From positions 135,630 to 199,629 of the forward strand of contig OX638335.1 of NCBI GenBank assembly GCA_951812785.1: DNA of 64,000 nucleotides, in the 5' to 3' direction. The stretch's first letter is position 1. Every line of letters starts with the position of its first letter. Origin of the DNA: an uncultured Gammaproteobacteria bacterium (GTDB lineage Bacteria; Pseudomonadota; Gammaproteobacteria; UBA4575). The notes beneath the pieces are model-generated. The model had not been told where the DNA came from. It made no database searches and saw nothing but the letters and a program-made list of their open reading frames with translations. Shown here piece after piece: positions 10,671-21,337 of this stretch. The position numbers and the translations under genes are program-made.

Positions 10671-10916
10671 ATGCAGTGTTTTATTTATCGCAGTTGCAAA
10701 AAAACTGATACCTACCTTTATCTTTCAGAAAAAGACAAGCTAAACGAGTTGCCTGAAGGTCTAGATAAACTTCTGGGGCGCTTAGAGTTTGTGATGGAGC
10801 TTGATCTAGGAGAAATTAAGCGACTTCAGAATGCGAATTTAGAAGAAGTAAGACAATGTTTAGAGGAAGTTGGTTTCTATCTTCAGTTGCCGCGGGAATT
10901 ACATGTGTCTGTATAA
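10671..10916 (+). CDS. ycgL: YcgL-domain protein (DUF709)
   Basis: 'MQCFIYRSCKKTDTYLYLSEKD...GFYLQLP' parallels E. coli YcgL. Confidence 0.7.
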   Translation: MQCFIYRSCKKTDTYLYLSEKDKLNELPEGLDKLLGRLEFVMELDLGEIKRLQNANLEEVRQCLEEVGFYLQLPRELHVSV

Positions 10917-11211
10917 GCTACAGAATTTCTTTTGTCGCACGTTTTAATTCAGTTAAGATTTCTTTTTGTAGGTCATCAAGTTTAGCAATACGCTTTTTAA
11001 GATGAGCTGAGTGAATTAGATGTTAATAGATCTTTAACTACAACGAGTGGGTTAGCAGGAGTATACATTGGCAATGTCTGTAGGAATTAATTCTAACGGG
11101 AGCTAAGAATTTTAGCGGGCGATAACTTCTTACTTAATTCAACGACTGTTTCAATGTAAGCAGTTATCTCTCGCCTATGGGTGTAGGTACGCTCTCTACT
11201 GGCATGAAAAC

Positions 11212-12285
11212 TTACTTTTTGTGATTTTTAGCGAAGTTGAGCATACGCATCGTAGAGCGATAAGCCGCTTTGCGGATATCTTCGTCAACAAATATTTCAT
11301 TTTCACCTGTCTCTAATACATGTAATAAATTATGTAATCCATTCATTGCCATCCATGGACAATGTGCACAACTTTTACAGGTGGCACCTTCACCAGCAGT
11401 GGGCGCTTCGATAAATGTTTTGTTTGGAGCCAACTGCTTCATTTTGTAAAAGATGCGGTTATCAGTGGCTACGATAAACGATTTATTCTCTAGACTCTGG
11501 CTAGCTTTGATCAGGGCGCTGGTGGAGCCGACGACATCGGCCATTTCGATGACGTCCTGCGGTGATTCGGGGTGTACCAAAACCGCAGCATCTGGATATT
11601 GTTCAATTACATCGCCTAAAGCGCGTGCTTTGAACTCCTCATGGACTATGCATGAGCCATCCCAAAGTAGCATGTCGGCACCGGTGACTCTCTGTAAATA
11701 ATGACCAAGATGTTTATCAGGCGCCCAAAGGATCTTTTCGTCTTGATCCATTAGGTGAGAAATAATGGGTACAGCAATACTTGATGTGACTACCCAATCT
11801 GCGCGCGCTTTGACTGCGGCGCTAGTGTTTGCGTATACGACAGAAGTGCGGTCAGAGTGCTCATTGCAGAAGTCGTTGAATTGATCCGCTGGGCAGCTGA
11901 GGTCTAAAGAGCATGTTGCTTCCAAGGTTGGCATCAACACACGTTTTTCAGGGGTTAATATTTTCGCTGTTTCGCCCATGAACTTTACGCCCGCAACAAT
12001 CAAAGTCGATGCTGGGTGTTCATTGCCAAAGCGCGTCATCTCAAGAGAATCTGAGACGGTGCCGCCAGTGTCTTCAGCAATCTCTTGTAAGTCCTCATGA
12101 GTGTAATAGTGAGCAACTAGTACAGCATTCTGCTTAATCAATAATTCTTTAATACGATCGATTAGCTCAGTGCGCTTTAATCCCTGGAATTTAGGGATCT
12201 GTGCTTGAATTTCTGCAGTAACAGGATAATTTTCTAAAGGCATAATCTGAGATAAATAGGTTGATGTCTGGGGAATATAATACAC
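11212..12285 (-). CDS. nadA: Quinolinate synthase A
   Basis: Strong identity to E. coli NadA: 'VAHYY', 'SDSLEMARFG', 'GACIVHEEF', '[18 protein letters not shown]'. The true start may be the internal Met (MPLENYP) at 12243. Confidence 0.9.
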   Translation of the reverse strand: MYYIPQTSTYLSQIMPLENYPVTAEIQAQIPKFQGLKRTELIDRIKELLIKQNAVLVAHYYTHEDLQEIAEDTGGTVSDSLEMTRFGNEHPASTLIVAGVKFMGETAKILTPEKRVLMPTLEATCSLDLSCPADQFNDFCNEHSDRTSVVYANTSAAVKARADWVVTSSIAVPIISHLMDQDEKILWAPDKHLGHYLQRVTGADMLLWDGSCIVHEEFKARALGDVIEQYPDAAVLVHPESPQDVIEMADVVGSTSALIKASQSLENKSFIVATDNRIFYKMKQLAPNKTFIEAPTAGEGATCKSCAHCPWMAMNGLHNLLHVLETGENEIFVDEDIRKAAYRSTMRMLNFAKNHKK

Positions 12286-12491
12286 ATTAAACTGAATATT
12301 AAGGTGAAATATACCTTATTTGCACTATGCTGGTGCGAATAATCGAATAACAATCTCTTTAATTAATATTAAGTAAATATTTTCTAACATAGTGAGAATT
12401 TGCAGTGGCTAAGTTTCTTATAAATAAATTTAGTTTCACTTATAATTAGATGCAATAAAGTTTGTTAAATTGTTAAGGATATGGAATTTAT

Positions 12492-13134
12492 ATGAGTCGA
12501 ATTTACACAATTATATTTTTAGTGTTTAGTTGTTTTTTCACTTCTGCACAGGCAAGTGATGATGCAGAATTTTTTGAAAAAGTGCGTGCCAGCGGAGTTA
12601 GTGAATGATAGCGAATCTATTTTGCTTTCTAGTAATGTCTATTTTTATCCTAATAAAAAAGGTCATGGAATTCTGGCAGGCGGAGGTAGTGACCGAGAGA
12701 AAGGACATATTGTGTTTACCGAAAATGCTCTTTCTGTGATTTCTTGGAGTCGACGTAATAAAACTTATGAAGTGATACATAGAGAAAGTTATTCAGAGCT
12801 GGCTTCAACCGATGTTTCTGGAAATTCGCCCATGGTTCGTTTGGTGACGCAAACCCAACAGTCAGGCAAGTACAATAGTTACGAGCTGATGGATAGCAGA
12901 AATGCATTAACTCCGAATTCGCATAAAACTAAAGAAGCACGCAGTTTGGTTAAAGCGGGGATTGAAGGTTTAGATGTTAAACAAGTGGCGACAGTAAAAG
13001 ATGTGTCTTCGGTTGAAGTCGCTATGCAGAAACAGCGCATGCAAGAGTTGGAAGAAAGAGTTCAGCGTCTTGAGAGTGGTAATGTGTCTAGCAAGCCAGC
13101 TGAGTCTGAATGTGACTGCAAGTGCGGCAAATAA
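12492..13134 (+). pseudogene. Secreted protein gene; the signal-peptide ORF is out of frame with the body; C-terminal ...ESECDCKCGK
   Basis: 'MSRIYTIIFLVFSCFFTSAQA' is in frame 0 and ends at 12606. The 192-aa body is in frame +1 from 12556. The switch coincides with a T6/A5 run (gaattttttgaaaaag). Confidence 0.45.
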
Positions 13135-13159
13135 TTAACTAATAATGTGTGAATAACGA

Positions 13160-13684
13160 TCAGCTGCGAACTTTCAATAAAATCGAATCCATATTTTTAG
13201 CACGTAAACGATTTTGAGTGGTTTGTAGCTGGTCTATATCTTTGCTTGGGCCAACGCGTACACGATGCCAGTTGATGGTATTGACCTTTACTGTCTCAAT
13301 GTTTGTTTCTACGCCCATGAGTGCTAATTGCGCCTTTAGGCTATCCGCTTCGTCACTATTCTTAAATGAGCCAACCTGTAAAACATACTTTCCAGCAGGT
13401 AAAATTTTGTTTGCCGTTGTAGAGGGTTGTTGATCATTTTTGTCTACCACTACTTCTAGTTCAGGTAATATTGTGTAGAAATCAAAAGTCCTTTTGCTGA
13501 CAGGAGCAACAGAGGGTTTTTTTTCCTCTATGTTTGTAGTTTGGGTGATATTGCTTTTCTCATTAATTGAAGGAAGAAAAGTAGCGCTGAGGCCAATAAT
13601 CAAACCAGTGACTAACCAAATCCACCCAGGTAAGGGTTTGGTCCTGGTCGATTTTGTTTTTTTTCGTATTGGTTTTCGTGCCAT
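13160..13684 (-). CDS. ftsN: SPOR-domain cell-division protein (FtsN-like)
   Basis: N-terminal basic tail plus one TM segment, with a C-terminal SPOR domain ('YVLQVGSFKNSDEADSLKAQLALMG'). It sits downstream of argS. Confidence 0.6.
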   Translation of the reverse strand: MARKPIRKKTKSTRTKPLPGWIWLVTGLIIGLSATFLPSINEKSNITQTTNIEEKKPSVAPVSKRTFDFYTILPELEVVVDKNDQQPSTTANKILPAGKYVLQVGSFKNSDEADSLKAQLALMGVETNIETVKVNTINWHRVRVGPSKDIDQLQTTQNRLRAKNMDSILLKVRS

Positions 13685-13695
13685 TGTTTATTTAC

Positions 13696-15447
13696 CTACA
13701 TTTTATCTGGTGCATTCACGCCCAGGATAGCTAAACCGTTTGCCAGAACGTGTTTTGTTGATGCAATTAATAGTAATCGCGCATTTCTTAATGGTTGTGA
13801 ATCAACTAAAAACTGTGTTTCATTGTAATAGCCATGGAATTTTTGTGCGAGTTCACGCAAGTAGTTGACTATTAAGTGAGGTGCATTTTTATCGCATGCG
13901 CTAACAATTAATTCAGGATAGTCGGCGAGCTTTTGCATCAGCGTATGTTCGCTATCTTCGCTGAATAGACCCTCTAACCTGTCTAGATTATTTGTATCTA
14001 GCGTATCTTCGGCTTGCCTTAATACGCTGCAAATTCTTGCGTGTGCATATTGCACATAATACATGGGATTTTCATTGCTGGTCGATTTGGCTAAGTCCAA
14101 ATCAAAATCTAAATGTTGTTCGCTTTTGCGCATCACATAAAAGAAGCGAGCGGCATCAGAACCAACTTCTTTGCGTAACTCACGTAGCGTGATAAATTCT
14201 CCGGAGCGAGTAGACATTTGCTGCTTAACATTGCCACAATATAGTTTGGCAAACTGTACTAACAAGATCTCAAGTTTAGATTCGTCTAGATTGAGTGCTG
14301 TTAAAGCAGCTCTTACTCTAGCGATATAGCCGTGATGGTCCGCGCCCCATATGTTTATTATTTTTGAATGCCCTTTGGAAAATTTGTCAGCATGATAGGC
14401 AATGTCTGATGCAAAATAAGTGGGTTGGCCATTGTCTCTTACAACTACACGATCTTTTTCATCACCAAGTTTAGATGACGCAAACCATAAAGCACCACTT
14501 TTCTCATAAATGTGATTGCTAGCCTTTAATTTTTCAATCACGTCATCAATCTTGTTATTACTGAATAGACTTCGTTCTGAGTACCATTGTTCATAATCAA
14601 CACCAAATAAATACAAATCATCTTTGATGTCTGTAAGTATAATATTGATCGCCAAGTCGAAGAAGATCGCATAGCCTTCGGGTTGTAATTTTTCTTTAGC
14701 AACGGAAATCAATGCATCAATATACTTTTCTTTGTCGCCACCCTCTGGTTCATCTTTAGGTAAGTCGCCACGGAATGAAGCAGGTTCTACCAAGTACTTG
14801 TTGCCATGTGTACGGTGTGCAGTCGCGGCAATATCCCAAATATAATCACCTTTATAGCCGTTGATTGGGAAGGTGAATTCTGTTCCACACAGTTCAAGGT
14901 AACGTAGCCATACGGATGTTGCCAAGATATCCATTTGGCGACCCGCATCATTCACGTAATATTCGCGATGAACCTGGTAACCATTAGCAATGTATAAGTT
15001 GGCAAGTGTGGCGCCATAAGCGGCTCCTCGACCGTGACCAACGTGTAATGGGCCAGTGGGGTTAGCTGATACATATTCAAGGTAAATTGCTTGCTTGTTG
15101 CCATTCTGGTTGTTGCCGAAATTACTTTTCTCAGAAAGAATGCGACTAATTATTTGACTATGATTTTTTTGTGCAATAAAAAAATTAATGAAACCTGGAC
15201 CGGCAATTTCTATTTTTTCAAATAATGCGGATGAGCTTAGTTGATCGCTTAATAGTCCAGCTAACTGACGAGGCGCAAGGCCAAATATTTTTGCAGATAC
15301 CATGGCGATATTGCTTGCGTAGTCACCATGAGTGGGGTCTTTGCTGCGAGTGACTTGAGCTTCACCAGTAAATTCGCCGTGAATTTTATCTTCTGCTGAT
15401 AACTGCTGCATTGCTTCAGTAATTGCTTGAATGATTTGGTCTTTCAA
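13696..15447 (-). CDS. argS: Arginine--tRNA ligase
   Basis: 583 aa with HIGH motif 'PTGPLHVGHGRG' and a DALR anticodon-binding C-terminus. Confidence 0.95.
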   Translation of the reverse strand: MKDQIIQAITEAMQQLSAEDKIHGEFTGEAQVTRSKDPTHGDYASNIAMVSAKIFGLAPRQLAGLLSDQLSSSALFEKIEIAGPGFINFFIAQKNHSQIISRILSEKSNFGNNQNGNKQAIYLEYVSANPTGPLHVGHGRGAAYGATLANLYIANGYQVHREYYVNDAGRQMDILATSVWLRYLELCGTEFTFPINGYKGDYIWDIAATAHRTHGNKYLVEPASFRGDLPKDEPEGGDKEKYIDALISVAKEKLQPEGYAIFFDLAINIILTDIKDDLYLFGVDYEQWYSERSLFSNNKIDDVIEKLKASNHIYEKSGALWFASSKLGDEKDRVVVRDNGQPTYFASDIAYHADKFSKGHSKIINIWGADHHGYIARVRAALTALNLDESKLEILLVQFAKLYCGNVKQQMSTRSGEFITLRELRKEVGSDAARFFYVMRKSEQHLDFDLDLAKSTSNENPMYYVQYAHARICSVLRQAEDTLDTNNLDRLEGLFSEDSEHTLMQKLADYPELIVSACDKNAPHLIVNYLRELAQKFHGYYNETQFLVDSQPLRNARLLLIASTKHVLANGLAILGVNAPDKM

Positions 15448-15509
15448 CGCTAAGTCTCAAGTTAATATAAAGCGCAGCATTGTACCTGAATTTATCAGGA
15501 ATGAATTAG

Positions 15510-17714
15510 TCAGAAATTATCGATAGGGTCGACATCAATACTCCAGCGAACCTTGCGTGTTTCGGGAAGAATTTCAATGTGATTTAAACATGCATCTATA
15601 GATTGGCTGAATAATCCACGTTGATTTGCAACTAATAAAATAAAGGCTCGAAATTGGCCCGCTTTCTTTTCCATGGAAGGGACTATTGGCCCTTGAACAG
15701 ACACCTCAGCTGGGAGTAGTTGTCGTGCAATGTCAGCGACTCGCTCTAGAAACACAAACAAATCTGTGCTGTTTTGGCTGCGTGCACGGATGGCAATATG
15801 GTGTGAAAACGGTGGTAATTTCCAGTTTTCACGTGCTTGTAGTGCTTGAGTTGCGAAGGCGGGATAACCACTGTGTAGCAGTGTTTGCAACAAGGGGTGA
15901 TCAGGCGTGTGTGTTTGTACCAACACCTCGCCTTGAGTGCTGCGCCGACCTGAGCGGCCTGCTACCTGGATTAGTAATTGAGCGCAACGTTCCATGGCGC
16001 GAAAGTCACTGCTATGAATGCCATAGTCGATATCCAATACCCCCACTAATGAGACATCTGGAAAATCATGTCCTTTGGAGAGGATCTGGGTACCAATGAT
16101 AATTTTATGTTTTAGTTGATGAATTTCATCTAATATTTTTTCCAACGAACCTTTGCGGCGGGTTATATCTCGATCTAAACGGATAGTTGAATAATCTGGA
16201 AACTGTTGAGATAACACCTCTTCAATACGTTGGGTGCCATGCCCCACCATGATGAGATTGTTAGAAGCACATTTTGGGCACTGTTCGGGTTTGTACTTAC
16301 TGCTGTCACAATGATGGCAGATTAACTTATCTGTCTTGCTGTGATAGGTCATGTTGGCATCACAACGAACACACTTTGCTACCCAGCCACAATCGTGGCA
16401 AAGCAATGCGGGTGCGTAGCCGCGCCGATTCAGGAATAGAATGACTTGCTTGCCTGCTTCTAAATGAGTATGCATGGCTTTGCATAGTAGGCTGGATAAT
16501 ATAGACCCAGCATACTCAGTTCTCATGTCTGCAAATTGGATTTTTGGCAATAACTCCGAGTGCACACGCTTATTCAAGTGCAAGTGTTGAAACTTTTCTA
16601 ACTTAGCATTGTGGATTGACTCAAATGATGGTGTGGCACTGCCTAATACCACGGGAATCGATAGTTGCTTAGCTCGGTATATGGCAACATCTCTAGCATG
16701 ATAAACAAACCCTTCTTGCTGTTTTAGTGAGGTGTCATGTTCTTCGTCGACAACGATGAGTTTTAAATATGGGATCGGTGTGAATACGGCTAAGCGTGTG
16801 CCCAAGATGATGCGAATCTTACCTTTGCTAATATTCAGCCAGGTCTGTTTGCGTTGTTTCTCGGTGATGTTGGAATGAAGTAAGCCAATAGTCATGCCAA
16901 AATGGGCTTCTAAACGGCTGTATAATTGGGGTGTCAATCCTATTTCGGGAACTAGAATAAGTATTTGCGCTTTTGCGGATTTGAGAGCTTCAGTGATAAG
17001 GCTGAAATATACTTCAGTTTTGCCGCTGCCAGTGACGCCTTCCAATAAGTGAACTGCAAATGTATCTAATGTGGCAAGAATGCTATCACTGACACTGCTT
17101 TGGTCTTCGGTTAGTTGTAGAAAATTTTCTGCAAGCGTTTGTGGCTCATCAGGCGGTTGAATAATTTCAATTTGCTCAATCATCCCACGTTGCTCAAGCG
17201 CTTTGATCATGGTGCTACACCCTGGGAATTGATCCCTAAGTTGTTTCGGCGCTACGCCATGGGTGTGTTGTTGTAACCAAGCATAGATGATCGCCTGTTT
17301 AGGCGCCCGCGCTAGCGTCTTGTTTGGAGTATTAGTGGTGGCTTGCCATCTAAATTCAGTAGATGAGCTGTCTTCATCCTGCTTTGCTTTACGTAATGCG
17401 GGAGGCAATGCGCTAAATAAGGCTGATCCTAAGGGAAATTGGTAATAATGTGCTGCCCAGCGAATTAATGAGAATGATTCTGTATCAAAGATCGCGTAAT
17501 CATCTAGCGTTGCTTGAATGGTTTTTAGTCGGTTTGCATCAATACTAGGCGTGTCGATTAATTTAATGACAATGCCTACTAAAGTATGTTTACCGAAAGG
17601 AATGATTACGCGGCTTCCTGGCTGCAACTCAGTAATAGTGTCTGGAACACGATAATCAAACAATCTTCGTAACGGAGAATCAATTCCGACTTGGGCAAAC
17701 TTCTTTAATGTCAT
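15510..17714 (-). CDS. priA: Primosomal protein N' (replication restart helicase)
   Basis: 734 aa with Walker A 'GVTGSGKTEVY', DEEH box and Cys-rich zinc-binding insert 'CHDCGWVAKCVRCD...CHHCDS...CPKC'. Confidence 0.95.
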   Translation of the reverse strand: MTLKKFAQVGIDSPLRRLFDYRVPDTITELQPGSRVIIPFGKHTLVGIVIKLIDTPSIDANRLKTIQATLDDYAIFDTESFSLIRWAAHYYQFPLGSALFSALPPALRKAKQDEDSSSTEFRWQATTNTPNKTLARAPKQAIIYAWLQQHTHGVAPKQLRDQFPGCSTMIKALEQRGMIEQIEIIQPPDEPQTLAENFLQLTEDQSSVSDSILATLDTFAVHLLEGVTGSGKTEVYFSLITEALKSAKAQILILVPEIGLTPQLYSRLEAHFGMTIGLLHSNITEKQRKQTWLNISKGKIRIILGTRLAVFTPIPYLKLIVVDEEHDTSLKQQEGFVYHARDVAIYRAKQLSIPVVLGSATPSFESIHNAKLEKFQHLHLNKRVHSELLPKIQFADMRTEYAGSILSSLLCKAMHTHLEAGKQVILFLNRRGYAPALLCHDCGWVAKCVRCDANMTYHSKTDKLICHHCDSSKYKPEQCPKCASNNLIMVGHGTQRIEEVLSQQFPDYSTIRLDRDITRRKGSLEKILDEIHQLKHKIIIGTQILSKGHDFPDVSLVGVLDIDYGIHSSDFRAMERCAQLLIQVAGRSGRRSTQGEVLVQTHTPDHPLLQTLLHSGYPAFATQALQARENWKLPPFSHHIAIRARSQNSTDLFVFLERVADIARQLLPAEVSVQGPIVPSMEKKAGQFRAFILLVANQRGLFSQSIDACLNHIEILPETRKVRWSIDVDPIDNF

Positions 17715-17775
17715 AATTGTATGAGTGTTACTTCATGAAGGTTGCCAAAGTTTAGCTTGCATGCCGTTGGCCAAA

Positions 17776-17806
17776 CTATCCACAAAAGCTGTGGATAAAT
17801 GTGTGG
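17776..17806. promoter_or_regulatory. Palindromic DnaA-box-like operator (copy A) upstream of priA
   Basis: 'cTATCCACAaaagcTGTGGATAAatgtgtgg' is two inverted 9-mers matching the DnaA-box consensus TTATCCACA. A near-identical copy is at 24283-24314. Confidence 0.4.
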
Positions 17807-18069
17807 AAAAGTGCCGTAATAAAGCTCAAAAAATGCTGTTGTTTGCTACCTGTTTTTAGATTGCACAAATTACACTCAATTATTAGCGCATAAAAATTAT
17901 ACACTTATGGTAATTTATGCGCAATTAATGACCTCCTATCAAAATTCATATAACTTTAACACCACTTGTGAATAAAATTCTTTAAGAGATGCTCGTATAC
18001 TTGTAGTGAGTGCTCTTCGTCAACCAACCCAAGTTAACGTTCGTTATTAGGGATAAGCCGATCTATTAT

Positions 18070-18661
18070 ATGAGTAAAACACTTATGTGTTTAGAACAAT
18101 GTAATGAGGAAATCGTACTGAAGGTTACACAAGATCAGCATCAGGAACTAGCCGATTGCTACCGCGGCGTAGAGCAGCGGGCATTTCGCATGGTGATGAT
18201 AGAAACACGCCAATTGAGTGATGCGTTGGATATAGTCCAAGATGCAATGGAATCGCTGATGAAAAGCTATATTAATAAGCCTAGTGAAGAATGGCGGCCA
18301 CTGTTTTACCGGATATTGCAAAATAAGATTAAGGATTGGCATCGCTGGGGAGCTGTCAGAGCAAAATTACACTTTTCTAAGTCTGAAAAGGAGAGCGGTG
18401 AGGATTGGTTGGAGTCTCAAGTGGAAAGCCCTCAGCCATCACCTGAGAAAAGCCTTCAAGCTGATATTAAGTATGGATGATCTACAGAAAGCATTGAGTC
18501 AATTATCTCGGCGCCAAAGGCAAACATTTTTATTGCGCGTGTGGGAAGGCTTTAGCGTGAATGAAACTGCGGATATTATGAAGTGCTCAAGCGGAAGTGT
18601 TAAAACGCATTTATCACGTGCGCTAAAATCGCTGCAAAATTTATTAGAAGACATAACTTGA
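18070..18661 (+). pseudogene. ECF-type RNA polymerase sigma factor, interrupted by +1 frameshift near 18470
   Basis: Region 2 lies in ORF 18010-18480. Region 4 ('RQRQTFLLRVWEGFSVNETADIMKCSSGSVKTHLSRALKSL') lies in a different frame (18284-18661). Confidence 0.7.
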
Positions 18662-18993
18662 AACAAACTGAACAAAACAAATTAGCACAGCAGATAAAAT
18701 CTGTGCTTGACCAATCAGTAAAAGATATTGATGCGGATACCCAATATCAGTTGCAACTGGCACGTGTTAAAGCTTTGCAATCTAAGGATGTCGTGAAGCG
18801 TTGGTATCAAAGCAAATCGATATGGGCCAGCGTGGCAAGTCTTGCAAGTGTCTCTGTGCTTGTCGTTTTGATATCTACCAGTCCACTTGAGTATCCAGTG
18901 AGTGGTGTAGACATGATGAGTAATATGGATGGTCTCCTGTTTGAAACAGATGAAAGTATTGAACTGTATGAGCAATATGATTTTTATGTATAG
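18658..18993 (+). CDS. DUF3619-like membrane protein, possible anti-sigma partner
   Basis: 111 aa with one TM segment. It overlaps the sigma gene stop by 4 nt. Confidence 0.45.
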   Translation: MKQTEQNKLAQQIKSVLDQSVKDIDADTQYQLQLARVKALQSKDVVKRWYQSKSIWASVASLASVSVLVVLISTSPLEYPVSGVDMMSNMDGLLFETDESIELYEQYDFYV

Positions 18994-19016
18994 CTCTCAA
19001 CGCGTGAAGTAAATAG

Positions 19017-19451
19017 TTGATGTGTCCATGCAAACTCAATCAAGTTATTTTTTGTTTGGTAACGGGTTTTCTCTCGTTCACGGTGATTGCAGCTGATGTC
19101 ATTCAATGGAAAGATTTAACAGCTGAGCAGCAATCCATATTGTCTACGATAAAGGATGATTGGAATCAACTGCCAGACAAACGCCGAACTCGTTTGAATA
19201 AGTTAACTAAGCAATGGGGCTCGTTGCCTGAGCATAAAAAAAATAAAATACAAACAAGGTTGCAGCGTTGGGGGAATATGTCTCCTGAGGAGAAAAAAGC
19301 TGTCCAAGCGCGACGCAAAAAATTTGAATCTTTATCTCCCGAGGAACGCGCTAAAATAAAACAGAAGTACAAGTGGTACAAACAACTGCCACCAGAACAA
19401 CAAGCTGAATTACGTAAACGATGGCAACAAAAAACTAAAACTACAGAGTGA
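19017..19451 (+). CDS. DUF3106-like secreted repeat protein
   Basis: Has a signal peptide. Repeated 'W..L.P(E)E..' motifs ('RWGNMSPEEKKAVQARRKKFESLSPEERAKIKQKYKWYKQLPPEQQAELRKRWQQ'). Confidence 0.5.
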   Translation: MMCPCKLNQVIFCLVTGFLSFTVIAADVIQWKDLTAEQQSILSTIKDDWNQLPDKRRTRLNKLTKQWGSLPEHKKNKIQTRLQRWGNMSPEEKKAVQARRKKFESLSPEERAKIKQKYKWYKQLPPEQQAELRKRWQQKTKTTE

Positions 19452-19577
19452 CGTATTAAATTATTGTCTGCTTAGTGTTGAATAATAAATTCATAGCCAT
19501 TGTCATAGTATAAAGCTTGCCAGATGAACTGACTATCATTAGAGTAGCACTCGTATTACTAGTGTGGAGTAAGGCTT

Positions 19578-20168
19578 TTGCAGTCATTTTGGCAACAAGT
19601 ATTACGGACAGATGTTTCTGGCATGCCCCTGGAATGGATTGATTATCAGGACGCCACGAAATTGTATTACACCGAACAAGTTGCCTATTCCTGTGGAGAA
19701 CTACTTTATATTGTTCATGGCGGTGTAAATGCAAAGACTGGATCACATAGTAAAATTGAAGTGAATTCAATTATTGCAACCTATGGTAGCAATAATTCAT
19801 TACATGACAGTTATGTCCCCCCGTTAAATAACCAGACTCTTTTTAAGCGTGATGCGCATTTATGTATGTATTGTGGCGAGCGATTTGGTCGGCGCGACCT
19901 GTCTCGCGATCATGTCACACCAATCAGTCAAGGCGGTGAAGATACATGGCAGAATGTGGTAACGGCCTGTAAACGTTGTAATAACCAGAAAGCAAACTAC
20001 ACGCCAGAGCGCGCCGGGATGCAGTTGCTTGCAGTGCCATTTGTCCCTACGCATGCGGAATATATTTATTTGCAAGGGCGTAAAGTCATGGCAGACCAAA
20101 TGAAATTTCTTTTGGCTCATTTCCCTCGTACAAGTCCTTTACACGAAAGATTGCGAAAGTTTTCGTAA
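19578..20168 (+). CDS. HNH endonuclease family protein
   Basis: HNH motif 'CMYCGERF...DHVTPISQGGEDTWQNVVTACKRCNNQK'. The start is possibly the Met at 19623. Confidence 0.7.
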   Translation: MQSFWQQVLRTDVSGMPLEWIDYQDATKLYYTEQVAYSCGELLYIVHGGVNAKTGSHSKIEVNSIIATYGSNNSLHDSYVPPLNNQTLFKRDAHLCMYCGERFGRRDLSRDHVTPISQGGEDTWQNVVTACKRCNNQKANYTPERAGMQLLAVPFVPTHAEYIYLQGRKVMADQMKFLLAHFPRTSPLHERLRKFS

Positions 20169-20221
20169 TCGCGCGAGTCGTTGTATGCTTGTTGGAATCG
20201 GCATACGAATCTTAAGAAATC

Positions 20222-21331
20222 ATGAAGTATTTAGGTAAATCTGACTATAACCACGCCAGTTCGGGAAAAGTGGGTGTTTTAATTACAAATTTAGGAACAC
20301 CTGAGGCAGCAACCCCTTCTGCATTACGTAAATATCTTAGAGAATTTCTTTGGGACCCCCGGGTTGTAGAATTCCCACGGCTACTGTGGTGGCTAGTGCT
20401 GAATTTGGTAATTTTAAGAATAAGGCCGCGCCGCAGTGCAGAGACCTATGCAAAAATATGGACGCAGGAAGGCTCGCCTTTAATGATGCATATTAAGTCT
20501 CAATTGACTGCGTTAAAGCAAAAATTTGCAGCCAATAATCTTCAGCATATTGAAGTTGATTTCGCCATGCGTTACGGCTCCCCATCAATTGAATCTGCAT
20601 TACTTAAAATGCAAGATAAAAATGTTACTCAATTAGTCGTGTTGCCCTTGTATCCTCAATATTCAGGGTCTACTACAGGATCAACATTCGATGCTGTTGC
20701 TAATACATTTTCCAAGTTGCGTTGGATGCCGGAGTTAAGGTTTGTTAATCAATATCTTGATGATGAAAAATATATTGGAGCCTGCGCAAGTCAAATTAAA
20801 CAGTATTGGTCTGCGCATGAACAAAGTCAGATATTGTTGTTCTCATTTCATGGCTTGCCTAAACGATATTTGTTAGCGGGAGATCCGTATCACTGTCAGT
20901 GTTATAAAACAGCAAGATTGATTGCTGAGAAATTGCAGTTAAATAAAGACCAATGGAAGTTAACTTTTCAGTCGCGTTTTGGCCGTGAGGAATGGTTGCA
21001 GCCATATACAGATAAAACGTTAGAGGCCATGGCAAAAGAGAGCATCAAATCAGTTGATGTGTTTTGTCCTGGTTTTTCTGCAGACTGTGTTGAGACTCTG
21101 GAAGAAATCGACATGTTGAATCGAGAAATATTTTTAGACGCCGGTGGCGAGAAGTTTCAATACATTCCCGCATTAAATAATAATGACGAGCATATTGATG
21201 CTATTTATCAATTAGCTATAAATCACATGCAGGGTTGGAATGCGGTGAGTTCCGAATTTGATGCTAAGAATAATGATCAAGAAAAAGCAGTTTCGCAACA
21301 GAGAGCGAAGGAAGCAGGTGCGGTGCAGTAA
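20222..21331 (+). CDS. hemH: Ferrochelatase
   Basis: '...FSFHGLP...' plus the conserved HemH core. It has a ~40 aa C-terminal extension. Confidence 0.9.
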   Translation: MKYLGKSDYNHASSGKVGVLITNLGTPEAATPSALRKYLREFLWDPRVVEFPRLLWWLVLNLVILRIRPRRSAETYAKIWTQEGSPLMMHIKSQLTALKQKFAANNLQHIEVDFAMRYGSPSIESALLKMQDKNVTQLVVLPLYPQYSGSTTGSTFDAVANTFSKLRWMPELRFVNQYLDDEKYIGACASQIKQYWSAHEQSQILLFSFHGLPKRYLLAGDPYHCQCYKTARLIAEKLQLNKDQWKLTFQSRFGREEWLQPYTDKTLEAMAKESIKSVDVFCPGFSADCVETLEEIDMLNREIFLDAGGEKFQYIPALNNNDEHIDAIYQLAINHMQGWNAVSSEFDAKNNDQEKAVSQQRAKEAGAVQ

Positions 21332-21337
21332 AGAGAA

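Noticed and set aside
10920-11030. Minus-strand coiled-coil peptide '...SAHLKKRIAKLDDLQKEILTELKRATKEIL*' between ycgL and nadA
   Set aside because: There is no in-frame start codon. It is probably a gene remnant or a chance frame and could only be kept with expression data.
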